Shown in pieces: positions 45,196 to 54,188 of a DNA stretch of 64,000 nt (within the stretch, counting starts at the first letter, position 1; each line of letters starts with the position of its first letter). This DNA comes from an uncultured Flavobacteriales bacterium (GTDB lineage Bacteria > Bacteroidota > Bacteroidia > Flavobacteriales_D > JABDKJ01), in NCBI GenBank assembly GCA_964429805.1, contig CAYSDH010000001.1, positions 10,456-74,455 on the forward strand, read 5' to 3'. Position numbers and translations under genes: made by a program. The notes beneath the pieces were generated by a model. That model did no database searches. It was not told where the DNA came from and saw only the letters and a program-made list of their open reading frames with translations.

Positions 45196-45884
45196 TCGGC
45201 ACAGGCGACTGCCGCGATTGATAGTTTGACATCTTTACACTGCGCAAAGGCTTGAGCGCATGCTTCTAAAGTTGACCCAGAAGTAATGACATCATCAATA
45301 AGAAGAACATGTTTTCCTTCGAGTTGCTCTGGCCTGAGTAGCTCGAAAATAGACCGCACATTGCCCCAACGCGAGTAAATGGATTTTCTAGTTTGCGTTT
45401 TGTTGTCCGCGGTTCTAATAAGATTGTCTTTGATTGAGTCATAAGAATGTATGGCCATGCCCTCTGCAATCAAATCACACTGATTATATCCTCTTGACTG
45501 TTGCTTCTTTGGGTGCAAGGGAACTGGAATCACGACATCCACATTTGAAAACCTAGTCGACTTTCGTAGTTCTTGTCCGAGTAGCTCACCGAGCTTCACT
45601 CCAACCTCTTTATTTCCATGATACTTCAAGGCATAGAGTAAACGCTGAATACGACTGTTTTTATTGTAGTAAATCATGGAAGTTGCCGCCTCAAACTTCA
45701 CCTTACCCCAAAGTCGCTGCTCGATCATGTTGTCTTCGATATCATGCAGCTTTGCAAAAGGCATTTCCCAGAGGCAATTCAGACAGATAACGTCTTCGTT
45801 CTTCAACAAAGGGTCGACACATCCAGCACATAACTGAGGATAAAACAGGTCAACAAAATCGTCTATGAGCTCCGCGAACTTCAT
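45192..45884 (-). CDS. comF: ComF-family protein (phosphoribosyltransferase domain)
   Basis: N-terminal Cys pairs (CAGC...CLNC) and PRTase motif VLLIDDVITSGSTL. ATG 45884 preferred over TTG 45902. Confidence 0.85.
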   Translation of the reverse strand: MKFAELIDDFVDLFYPQLCAGCVDPLLKNEDVICLNCLWEMPFAKLHDIEDNMIEQRLWGKVKFEAATSMIYYNKNSRIQRLLYALKYHGNKEVGVKLGELLGQELRKSTRFSNVDVVIPVPLHPKKQQSRGYNQCDLIAEGMAIHSYDSIKDNLIRTADNKTQTRKSIYSRWGNVRSIFELLRPEQLEGKHVLLIDDVITSGSTLEACAQAFAQCKDVKLSIAAVACAE

Positions 45885-46001
45885 TTTTTTTATCTTTCCC
45901 AAGAAACAAAGCCGCCTAGGAGGCTTGACATTTCTGGTTTTTTATCTTTTGTCGAAGATAATATTCAATTCGACATTGAAACATATTGATACGTTGGCAA
46001 C

Positions 46002-46922
46002 ATGGACTCAGCAAAGCAAAAGAACAACAGGGTACTTTACGGAATTATCGGGCTACTTTCTTTGGTCGTCATCTTTCTTGGCTATAAATTAATGCAAGAA
46101 AAATCGCAGGTCGATGTCTTTGTCGAAGAGACGATTCCAGAATTGGAGTTTGAGCGAAACAACCTGGAGATGGAACTCGAGGACATGTTTGAGCAATATG
46201 ACACCCTCACTGTTGAAAATGAGGAGCTCAATGCAGACCTCATCGCGCAAAAAGAAGAAGTCTCTAAGCTGATGGACCAAGTCGCCAAGTTGGACAAGAA
46301 CAGTAAGGCCTACAAATGGGAGATTGGCAAATTGAAAAAAGAAGCCGGAACCCTACGCGAGATTATGAAGGGCTACCTGCATGAGATTGACTCACTTAAT
46401 CAGGCTAACGCTGAGCTGACCGCCAAGGCAGACAACCTCACGCAGAACTTGACAAAGGTCACTGGTGAAAAGCAAACGCTCGAGTCTCAAGTAGAGAAAC
46501 AAGACGACATTATCAAGACGGGCTCTATTCTGCAAGCTATGAATGTCAATGCCATGGCTATACGAGTAAAGGCTTCTGGAAATCAAGTGGAGACAAGCCG
46601 CGCTTCTCGTACTGAGATGATCAAATCATGCTGCACTCTCGGAGAAAACAGAATTACTCAAAGCGGAACAAAAACGATATACATCAGAGTAATTAGTCCT
46701 GAAGGAGCTGTGCTCGCTAACACCACTCAGCCCAATGCCACGTTTAAGTATGACGGTATTTCGGGGAAGTACAGTGTGAAGCGTGACATCCAGTATGACA
46801 ACAGTCTGCAGGATCTCTGCGTATTCTACACGGTGGCTGATGATTTGGCCACTGGCCAATACATTGTTGAGATGTATGAGTCTGGTACACTGATTGGCAA
46901 AACCAACTTTGACTTACGCTAA
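46002..46922 (+). CDS. Membrane-anchored coiled-coil protein, function unknown
   Basis: N-terminal TM (VLYGIIGLLSLVVIFLGY), about 150 aa of heptad-like E/K/L-rich sequence, and a C-terminal domain of about 120 aa. Confidence 0.6.
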   Translation: MDSAKQKNNRVLYGIIGLLSLVVIFLGYKLMQEKSQVDVFVEETIPELEFERNNLEMELEDMFEQYDTLTVENEELNADLIAQKEEVSKLMDQVAKLDKNSKAYKWEIGKLKKEAGTLREIMKGYLHEIDSLNQANAELTAKADNLTQNLTKVTGEKQTLESQVEKQDDIIKTGSILQAMNVNAMAIRVKASGNQVETSRASRTEMIKSCCTLGENRITQSGTKTIYIRVISPEGAVLANTTQPNATFKYDGISGKYSVKRDIQYDNSLQDLCVFYTVADDLATGQYIVEMYESGTLIGKTNFDLR

Positions 46923-46930
46923 ATCTCTCT

Positions 46931-46952
46931 AAAACTGTGCATTACAGTTTTT
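46931..46952 (+). terminator. Weak A/T-rich hairpin after the coiled-coil protein gene
   Basis: AAAACTGT-GCATT-ACAGTTTT followed by T. Starts 9 nt after the stop codon. Only four G/C-containing pairs, so weak. Confidence 0.35.
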
Positions 46953-47045
46953 AAATGTGACTTCTACTACACCTTTCGTCTATATAATAGATGAGCAATC
47001 ATCTTTAAACTTCGGTGTTGAATAGACTCAATACTAACAGATGAG

Positions 47046-47078
47046 AGGTCCTCACACATAGCAGTGAGGATCTTTTTT
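47046..47078. terminator. Strong hairpin + T-run between convergent genes (probable bidirectional terminator)
   Basis: 10-bp stem AGGTCCTCAC / GTGAGGATCT (one G-U pair), 8-nt loop, then TTTTT on the + strand. The A-run on the other side serves the minus-strand oxidase cluster, which ends at 47084. Confidence 0.6.
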
Positions 47079-47083
47079 AGTTT

Positions 47084-47326
47084 TCAGAATGCGTCAGAAA
47101 GCATCTTTCTCAACTCAGACTTATAGTTGAAAATCAAGAACCCCGCGATTAGCGTGTACGGAAATGCCATGAGGTAAAGTATACCATCATTAATACCGCC
47201 AGACACAGCAGGACCGCCAAAAGTTTGCTCCGACTCTAAGACCGCTTTACACATGGCGCACTGGGCTGACATGTCAAGAGACAATACAGATAAAGCAACG
47301 AGTATGATAACGGTTTTGAGCCTCAT
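47084..47326 (-). CDS. Small membrane protein with periplasmic CxxC motif (last gene of the oxidase accessory cluster)
   Basis: 80 aa. Signal peptide ending LDMSAQ, then CAMCK. C-terminal TM (ILYLMAFPYTLIAGFLIF). 1-nt gap to the DUF420 gene. Confidence 0.55.
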   Translation of the reverse strand: MRLKTVIILVALSVLSLDMSAQCAMCKAVLESEQTFGGPAVSGGINDGILYLMAFPYTLIAGFLIFNYKSELRKMLSDAF

Positions 47327-47327
47327 G

Positions 47328-47852
47328 TTAATGTATGTAGTAAGGACTAATCATTAAATAGACAACAACTCCGGTCAAAGTGACGTACAGCCAAATCGGA
47401 AAAGTAATCTTGGCGATTTTTCTATGCTTGTCAAAGCGCTCTGCTAAGGCCCTTACGTATGTGAAGAGAACCAACGGAACTAGAACAATAGATAAGACGA
47501 TATGACTCGCCAAAATGGTCAAATAGATGGTTTTAATAGTCCCCTCTCCACCAAACTTAGTAGCGGGCACTGAGTAGTGATACATCACATATGCCAAGAG
47601 AAAGTAGATTGATAAACCGATGGCCAGTTGCATCAGACGTTTGTGCAGACTGATGTTTTTCTTTTTGATGGCTATCAGTGCGAAAATCAGGACGAAAAAG
47701 GTGAGCCCATTCGTAAACGCATATGTGCTGGGTAGAAATGACCAGGTGGCTCCTTGCTCTGGGTTTTGGCCTCCAAAAAAGAATAAAAGCGAAATGACAA
47801 CAGGGAGGAGAATTGACACAATTATGATCCAACCAGTATATTTCTTCTCCAT
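47328..47852 (-). CDS. DUF420-family membrane protein (cytochrome-oxidase-associated)
   Basis: 174 aa with four TM helices, conserved HR/HRKIAKITFPIWLYV region, and its position after SCO. Confidence 0.8.
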   Translation of the reverse strand: MEKKYTGWIIIVSILLPVVISLLFFFGGQNPEQGATWSFLPSTYAFTNGLTFFVLIFALIAIKKKNISLHKRLMQLAIGLSIYFLLAYVMYHYSVPATKFGGEGTIKTIYLTILASHIVLSIVLVPLVLFTYVRALAERFDKHRKIAKITFPIWLYVTLTGVVVYLMISPYYIH

Positions 47853-48559
47853 TACTTCTTTGCTTTTTTCTTCAATCTTCTCTCTTCCCCGATGAGCATT
47901 TTTATGTCGTCTTCGACTAGTTGTCTGCCGTCTACAGTTGTACCATCATAAAAACCTCGGATGTGCAGATTCTTGTCTACCAGCACAAATTTTTCTGAGT
48001 GAAGGAAACCTCCCTCGGCAGCCAAATCTTCTTGTGTGGTCAGTTTAAATCCTTCTACACCCAGCGGATAAATAACGTCTTTAGACCCAGTAGCAAAACT
48101 CCATCTCGTCAAATCAGCCTCCATCTCTTTGGCATAGGCTTTTAGTATTTCTGGGCGATCATACTCAGGGTTGACGGTGATGCTGAGAAAGACAACTTCT
48201 TCAAAGTATTCATCTTCAAGCAGCCAGACTAGCTGACTCATCTGCCTCGTCATTTTCGGACAAATAGTGCCACATGTAGTAAAGAAGAAGTCTACCACAC
48301 AGACCTTACCTTCTAGATAAGACCGGTCTAGTTTATTTCCATTATGATCAATTAACTCAAACTCTGGTATGGTGTGCCACACGGTGTCATTAACCATGAC
48401 GCCATTCTGGTCTTTTTTGACCACATCAACTGGGTAGTAGTATGGGAGTGTGCTAAAGCTGTGCTCCATTTTGCCAAATAGCAACACGAACAATGGCACG
48501 AGAATTAAAATAGAACCGAGTATGACAAATTTCTTACCGTTTCCCGAGGGCTGTTCCAT
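47852..48559 (-). CDS. SCO1/SenC-family copper chaperone
   Basis: Thioredoxin-fold CxxxCP motif (FFFTTCGTICPKM), downstream His, N-terminal anchor. Confidence 0.88.
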   Translation of the reverse strand: MEQPSGNGKKFVILGSILILVPLFVLLFGKMEHSFSTLPYYYPVDVVKKDQNGVMVNDTVWHTIPEFELIDHNGNKLDRSYLEGKVCVVDFFFTTCGTICPKMTRQMSQLVWLLEDEYFEEVVFLSITVNPEYDRPEILKAYAKEMEADLTRWSFATGSKDVIYPLGVEGFKLTTQEDLAAEGGFLHSEKFVLVDKNLHIRGFYDGTTVDGRQLVEDDIKMLIGEERRLKKKAKK

Positions 48560-48946
48560 TTACTCTGCTGGTGTACCGTGAAACATATCAAACGCGTAGG
48601 TCGACTCGGTAAGGGCAATAAAAATCAGGTAGGCAATGAGGATTATGTATGGCACTAGAATGGCATACTTCAGATTCTTTCGCTCATCACCAAGGTGCAT
48701 AAATGAAAGCACGATATATCCAGCTTTGAGCAGTGTCAAGCCTATGAAAAGCCACTTAACCACCGTCCACGTTGTATCACCAGCCAGTCTCGGGATTTTA
48801 CCTCCAAGGTATACTTCAATAATCGTAACGACCGTCAGAAGTACCGTTACGAAAAGAATCTTCTTTCGTATCGCTTTCCCATGCTCTTCGTCATGCTTTG
48901 CATTGACAGCATAAGACTCATTGACAATTAAATCATCTCTTTCCAT
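48560..48946 (-). CDS. Cytochrome c oxidase subunit IV-family protein
   Basis: 128 aa, three TM helices, and its position after the subunit III genes. Confidence 0.75.
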   Translation of the reverse strand: MERDDLIVNESYAVNAKHDEEHGKAIRKKILFVTVLLTVVTIIEVYLGGKIPRLAGDTTWTVVKWLFIGLTLLKAGYIVLSFMHLGDERKNLKYAILVPYIILIAYLIFIALTESTYAFDMFHGTPAE

Positions 48947-48949
48947 ATA

Positions 48950-49807
48950 TCACACGAGGTAAAAGAAGGTGAATACAAATACCCAAACTAAATCTACAAA
49001 GTGCCAGTAGAGCCCGGTCTTCTCAACCATTTCAAAATGGCCTCTAGCATCATAAGCTCCCTTCATCACTTGTATGAGTATCAACAAGTTGATTACCACT
49101 CCAGAGAACACGTGGAAACCGTGAAATCCTGTAATGAAGAAGAAGAAGTTGGCGTATTGAGGTTTGTTTGGCAGATACTCGTTACGAGTCATGTTGGCTC
49201 CATGGTAGTAGTCTTCCATGTTGGCTAAAATTGATGCGGCTTTCGCGCCGTCTATTTTAACTGCTTCACCTTCGTTATATCTGTTATCGATAAGGTACGC
49301 TCCTTCAGCCATCGTGTAATTGTGAGCGGCATCTACCTTCATGTCTTCACTAACGAAGTAGGTCTCGCCAGATGTAGTAGTGATGTATCCTCCAGAACCG
49401 TGAATAAAGTGACTCCACTCCCACACTTGAGAAAGAAGGAAGAACAAACCACCAATTACAGTGAGAGTCAACCATTTTATAACTCCTTTCTTATCCAGTC
49501 TGTGTCCTGCTTCTACAGCAAGTACCATGGTCACCGAACTCACAATGAGGATGAATGTCATCAAGGCCACATAGAGCAGCGGGTAACCGTTGCCCAAAAA
49601 TGGCATTGCGTTAAACACTTTCTCTCCTACTGGCCAGACATCATATGTATGTCTGATATACCCGTAAGCAATAAGAAGTCCAGAAAAAGTAAGGGCATCT
49701 GAGACGAGGAAGAACCACATCATCATTTTCCCATAGGTGACAGCAAAAGGCGAACGGCCTCCAGCCCATGCTTCCCCTTTTTGTAGTACTTCACCGTGTC
49801 CTGCCAT
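48950..49807 (-). CDS. Cytochrome c oxidase subunit III-family protein (long form)
   Basis: Multi-TM protein ending YWHFVDLVWVFVFTFFYLV (subunit III signature). Confidence 0.88.
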   Translation of the reverse strand: MAGHGEVLQKGEAWAGGRSPFAVTYGKMMMWFFLVSDALTFSGLLIAYGYIRHTYDVWPVGEKVFNAMPFLGNGYPLLYVALMTFILIVSSVTMVLAVEAGHRLDKKGVIKWLTLTVIGGLFFLLSQVWEWSHFIHGSGGYITTTSGETYFVSEDMKVDAAHNYTMAEGAYLIDNRYNEGEAVKIDGAKAASILANMEDYYHGANMTRNEYLPNKPQYANFFFFITGFHGFHVFSGVVINLLILIQVMKGAYDARGHFEMVEKTGLYWHFVDLVWVFVFTFFYLV

Positions 49808-49831
49808 GGTCGTTAGATTTTGCTTGCAAGT

Positions 49832-50560
49832 TTAGTGAATAAAATGCAAAAACAAGAGCAAGTATATCCATAGTAGATCTACGAAGTGCCAGTAGGTAGC
49901 TCCTTGGCTGACTTTCAAAGAATTATGCTTGCCCAAACGGCCTATAATGCCCATGATATTGAGGTATAATAGGTAAAGAAGGCCGCCACCAACGTGAAGA
50001 GCATGTAGTAACACAAACATGTTGAAATATGACGCTGCGTGATTCTTCGAACTTTTTATCTCTTCATCTACGTTCGTTTCTGGAGTTGCAGGGTCAATAT
50101 AATGCCCATCATCCGTCAGATTTATGAGTTGATCTTGAGAATTTGTGATGTAATAGTCCTTGCCATACTCCCCTTTGAGGTGCTCTAGAAAGTTATCTCC
50201 AGCAAAGTTTAAGCCTTTGTCGGCCAGCTCCATCCAACCCTGATACTGGCTGTATACGAATAACGAGCCGAGCACCAAACCGCCTAGCAGTGCAGCTTTG
50301 AGCATGCCTTGATTCCCTTTTTTGGCGGCAATGGTGGCTATAATCATGCTCACCGAGCTCAAAATCATGAATACTGTACTCAACCAAAACGAATTTGGCA
50401 TGTTGATGTTGACCCAAAATGCCGCGCCTCCTCTAGAGACGATGTAGCCACTGGTAAGGCCACTAAACATCATGATAATGGAGATAATCCCCACGACCAA
50501 GAGCATCTTCTTTGCCTTTCTTACTTTTAGTTCTTGACGTTCTTCTGCGCTAATTTCCAT
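49832..50560 (-). CDS. Cytochrome c oxidase subunit III-family protein (second copy)
   Basis: Ends YWHFVDLLWIYLLLFLHFIH. ATG 50560 (MEISAEE) preferred over TTG 50566. Confidence 0.85.
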   Translation of the reverse strand: MEISAEERQELKVRKAKKMLLVVGIISIIMMFSGLTSGYIVSRGGAAFWVNINMPNSFWLSTVFMILSSVSMIIATIAAKKGNQGMLKAALLGGLVLGSLFVYSQYQGWMELADKGLNFAGDNFLEHLKGEYGKDYYITNSQDQLINLTDDGHYIDPATPETNVDEEIKSSKNHAASYFNMFVLLHALHVGGGLLYLLYLNIMGIIGRLGKHNSLKVSQGATYWHFVDLLWIYLLLFLHFIH

Positions 50561-50562
50561 AA

Positions 50563-51462
50563 TCAAAGTTTATCCAGAACAAATAGTATTTGCAGCAGTG
50601 GCAAGTAGAAGAAAGTGGTAAACATCAACTGCTTTGCCGACCTCACATCTTGTTCCTTATAGAATAGATATGCTCTGAATGCAAAAAAGCTGCTCAATGC
50701 TAAACTCACAATCGCAGAAATATGGCCAGTCTCTTCTAACATCCAAGGCAACAGGGCAACAGGAATAAGGAAGAGCGAGTAAAAGAATATCTGAAAGGCA
50801 CTGCGTCTGTCCCTCCCTCCTTTTGAGGGAAGCATTTTAAATCCTGCTAAGCTGTAGTCATCATGCAGCACCCACGCAATGGACCAAAAGTGCGGAAACT
50901 GCCAGATAAACTGGATGGCAAACAAGGCACCTGGTATCAAACCAAACTCATTGGTAGCTGCCACATATCCAAGCATGGGTGGCACAGCCCCCGGAAATGC
51001 ACCTACAAAGACTGACCAAGAACTGATTCTCTTCATAGGCGTATACACGCCTGCATAACTGACCAGTGCCATAAGGGCGAGTATAAATGCATTGACATTG
51101 GTGTATACATAAAGCAGAGCCAGTCCGACTAGACCAATAAGGACACTAAACACCAAGGCTTCAGTAACAGTCAGACGCCCCGTGGGTATTGGGCGATCTT
51201 TCGTTCTGTTCATCAGGGCATCTGTGTCTTTTTCATAGACTTGATTAAGTCCATTAGAAGCGCCTGTCACTAAAATTCCTCCAATAATGAGTGCGATTAG
51301 CTCTGACCAGATAATGCCAGACCAGCCTGTGGCAAGTATGTAGCCTAAGACAGAAGAAATAACCACCAATGAGGCTAATCTCAACTTCATCAAGGCCATA
51401 AAGTCCTTGCTCTTACTGTGTGATTTTATCGCGCTGGAATCGAGCGCTTTTGGGTCCGCCAA
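50563..51462 (-). CDS. cyoE: Protohaem IX farnesyltransferase (haem O synthase)
   Basis: UbiA-family motifs (NQVYEKDTDALMNRTKDRP; DDYSLAGFKML), 299 aa, in the oxidase cluster. Confidence 0.92.
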   Translation of the reverse strand: MADPKALDSSAIKSHSKSKDFMALMKLRLASLVVISSVLGYILATGWSGIIWSELIALIIGGILVTGASNGLNQVYEKDTDALMNRTKDRPIPTGRLTVTEALVFSVLIGLVGLALLYVYTNVNAFILALMALVSYAGVYTPMKRISSWSVFVGAFPGAVPPMLGYVAATNEFGLIPGALFAIQFIWQFPHFWSIAWVLHDDYSLAGFKMLPSKGGRDRRSAFQIFFYSLFLIPVALLPWMLEETGHISAIVSLALSSFFAFRAYLFYKEQDVRSAKQLMFTTFFYLPLLQILFVLDKL

Positions 51463-51509
51463 TGTGCCGTGATTATTGAGTGGCGAAATTACTGAATATA
51501 CGCCCAGTA

Positions 51510-53042
51510 TCAGCGATAAGGGTCACGGAAATTCATACGCAATCCGAGGCTGACCATGTGGCGGCTGTTTGAGGGTATATCTCCAAATTGATATAGAAAA
51601 CGATATCCCAATTGCAGTCTAAAGTCAGTATCTCTATCAAAAATGTAAGAGCCGTAAAGCGTATTTGAGATTTCTTCAAATCGCTGACCTTGACCTATAA
51701 AGTTGCCAAACTGATTTTCAGGATTCACATACGAGCGGAATATATTGCCACCGAGATTCCCCTCATCCGAATCCCTGCCAAATTGCTGATACATCAACTG
51801 GTTCCTCCATTCAATTTTTCCGATAGGCTTGCTCGCAATCAGCAGTGCCTCGTAAAAATTAGCTCCGAGTGGATGCGCAAGCGGCTCATTGAGGTGCGCA
51901 TAATTTTGCACCGGACTACCATGCGAATAAGTAAAAGGCCTTGTCAGATTAAACTCGGCCTGAACAAACAGATCTTTGACTCCAAACGAATCAAAACTTT
52001 TGACGCCAATCTGAGAGCCAAATTTGTTGGCCCACCAGCCATTGCCTTCACGCAACCGCGCGAGCAAGAACTCATCAATGACTACTTGGCTGTAAATATG
52101 ATAGCCAGAAGGAACGCGATAGGAAGTCCCAAATCCAAGAATGGCATTGTCAGAAGATCCAGTGGCAAACTCTACTGGTCTGAAAAAGATGACGGGATTG
52201 AGATAGTTGATGTCAAAGCCACGGTTTGAAAACTCATCTCTGCCTTGCCATATGATACTTTCAAATACTTGAGCATCAATACGGTCTGTAATATTCCAGC
52301 TTAATATATGAGTGGAAGTAAACTTGTCTTCAAAACCAGCGGCATCATCAAGGACGTCAAAAACGCCTTGTTGCCATGAAAAGAGGTTGACATAATTAAG
52401 GTGCCACACTTTCGTATTTAGTTTTAAAAAGGGATATGCTGCAGCCCCGTCTCCCAGCAGCAAAGACCTGTAACCATGGCCAAACTGATGCTTTGATCTA
52501 CCCACCTGAACAGTGAAAATCGAACTCGGTGAGTAGCTCAGCATGCCATTGACGCCAAAGGTGGATAATGCATCTCCTGAGGCTACACCTCGGCCTATAC
52601 CGCCAATGACATCTGAAGAGTCAAGCAGGGCCCGCTTTAAGTCATTTTGAGGCTCAATACCTGCATATACATCTAGGTCAATCTTGAACTTGCTGTGCGC
52701 ATTCAGTCTAGACCGCAGGCCCAATAACCCGAGCATTTGGATATCAAGATCATCTGCGTTACTCCTATTTTGGAGACCAGCCTCAATGCCAATTATAGGA
52801 CTTAAGGCCATGCGCTGGCCTACGGAGCGCACATACTTGTCGGCAGGTAAAACCTGTACTTCACTTGTATCAATGGAAGTGAAAGCATAGGGTCTGATGG
52901 CCGCGTGAAAACGCTGATCAGCTTTGAGCTGGCGAAGTTTTAGTTTCTGGTTATCAAGGTCATCATTGACCCAAGTATCCGTTAACTGGCACAAGAGAGA
53001 TTGGGCAAGAAATACAAAGCTTATGAGTGCCAAGCATCTCAA
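51510..53042 (-). CDS. Predicted outer-membrane protein, paralogue A (possibly Wzi/RemB-like)
   Basis: Signal peptide. Shares blocks with 54189-55787 (GHGYRSLLLGDGAAAYPFLKL; VQAEFNLTRPFTYSHGSPVQNYAHLNEPLAHPLGANF). 4-nt overlap with the upstream WecA-like gene. The family name is tentative. Confidence 0.6.
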   Translation of the reverse strand: MRCLALISFVFLAQSLLCQLTDTWVNDDLDNQKLKLRQLKADQRFHAAIRPYAFTSIDTSEVQVLPADKYVRSVGQRMALSPIIGIEAGLQNRSNADDLDIQMLGLLGLRSRLNAHSKFKIDLDVYAGIEPQNDLKRALLDSSDVIGGIGRGVASGDALSTFGVNGMLSYSPSSIFTVQVGRSKHQFGHGYRSLLLGDGAAAYPFLKLNTKVWHLNYVNLFSWQQGVFDVLDDAAGFEDKFTSTHILSWNITDRIDAQVFESIIWQGRDEFSNRGFDINYLNPVIFFRPVEFATGSSDNAILGFGTSYRVPSGYHIYSQVVIDEFLLARLREGNGWWANKFGSQIGVKSFDSFGVKDLFVQAEFNLTRPFTYSHGSPVQNYAHLNEPLAHPLGANFYEALLIASKPIGKIEWRNQLMYQQFGRDSDEGNLGGNIFRSYVNPENQFGNFIGQGQRFEEISNTLYGSYIFDRDTDFRLQLGYRFLYQFGDIPSNSRHMVSLGLRMNFRDPYR

Positions 53043-54133
53043 AGACCGCTAGTTTTTTTTGGAGTAGTCACCCACACTGCACTTTGATACAGGCCAGTGG
53101 CAATGAGCAACATGCACAAGAAGGCCAATGTAGAATTAAGCTGAGAAGTCAGTAGAGAAGCGAGAACCACCAGTATGTTTAGACTGTAGATGATGAGCAC
53201 TGTCTGTTTGTGACTCAGTCCATTGGCGAGCAGCCCGTGATGAATGTGATTTCGATCTGCAATGAACGGGGAGCCTCCCTTTACTGCACGTATGAAGAAC
53301 ACCCGGAGTGTATCTACAAGCGGATAAGAAAGTATACTCATGGCCATCACTGGCGTACTGATATTATGCACAGCCACTGGCAGCTTAGAGATATCATGTT
53401 CTATGAGCCGAATGGCTAACACGGAAAGCACGGCCCCAATAAGCATGGAGCCCGAATCACCCATAAATATTCTAGCGGGCGAAAAGTTGAAAATCAAAAA
53501 GGCCATCAATGATCCAGCTAAGCACGCAGACAATAAGGTCATAGGTATATCACCAGCAAGCTTAAACCACACAGCAAAGAACAAACAGGCAATAAGCCCA
53601 ACTCCCGCTGCAAGTCCATCTACTCCATCAATCAGATTAAAGCCGTTGACAATGACGATATAGGTAAAGAGTGACAAAGCGATGGCCGCCCACTCTGGAA
53701 GCTCATTGATCCCCATAAGGCCTTGCATGTCTGTAATCTTGACATTGGCCATCAGCACTAGAATGAATGCGACAATCAAGTGTCCTATCAATTTGTACAA
53801 CGGAGCTGTACCGATGATGTCGTCTTTCACACCGATGAAAAACAGCACCAACAGCGAAGAAATCAGGTATTTGAACTGGTCAAATGCCAGGAGTAAATCA
53901 TCTTGCTGGTAGAAATAATTTCTGTTTTCAGAAGGGAACCACAGGGAATAAGCGAAGATGAAACCCGCAAATATGATGATGCCCCCAATGGTCGGCACGC
54001 TGAAAAAATGGAGCTTTCGCTCTTCGGAAGGTTCGTCAACAAGGTGCTTGAGCTTGGCCACCTTAATCAATGATGGGGTGGCGAATAAGACCACAAGAAA
54101 GGCAGTAAAAAAACCAAGTATTACTATATCCAC
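53039..54133 (-). CDS. MraY/WecA-family polyprenyl-phosphate N-acetylhexosamine-1-phosphate transferase (GT4 family)
   Basis: About 10-11 TM helices. Motifs DEPSEERKLH, VPTIGGI, NLIDGVDGLA, FMGDSGS. Confidence 0.88.
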   Translation of the reverse strand: MDIVILGFFTAFLVVLFATPSLIKVAKLKHLVDEPSEERKLHFFSVPTIGGIIIFAGFIFAYSLWFPSENRNYFYQQDDLLLAFDQFKYLISSLLVLFFIGVKDDIIGTAPLYKLIGHLIVAFILVLMANVKITDMQGLMGINELPEWAAIALSLFTYIVIVNGFNLIDGVDGLAAGVGLIACLFFAVWFKLAGDIPMTLLSACLAGSLMAFLIFNFSPARIFMGDSGSMLIGAVLSVLAIRLIEHDISKLPVAVHNISTPVMAMSILSYPLVDTLRVFFIRAVKGGSPFIADRNHIHHGLLANGLSHKQTVLIIYSLNILVVLASLLTSQLNSTLAFLCMLLIATGLYQSAVWVTTPKKTSGL

Positions 54134-54188
54134 AACCTACATGTATTGTGAACAAACATAAGGAAAACAGGCGTGCAGCGTAATGTTG

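Noticed and set aside
51690-52229. 179-aa + strand ORF inside OMP paralogue A. Similar long antisense ORFs lie at 43641-44072, 2729-3157 and 37331-37738.
   Set aside because: All lie fully inside longer ORFs with clear family motifs on the opposite strand. They are typical shadow ORFs.
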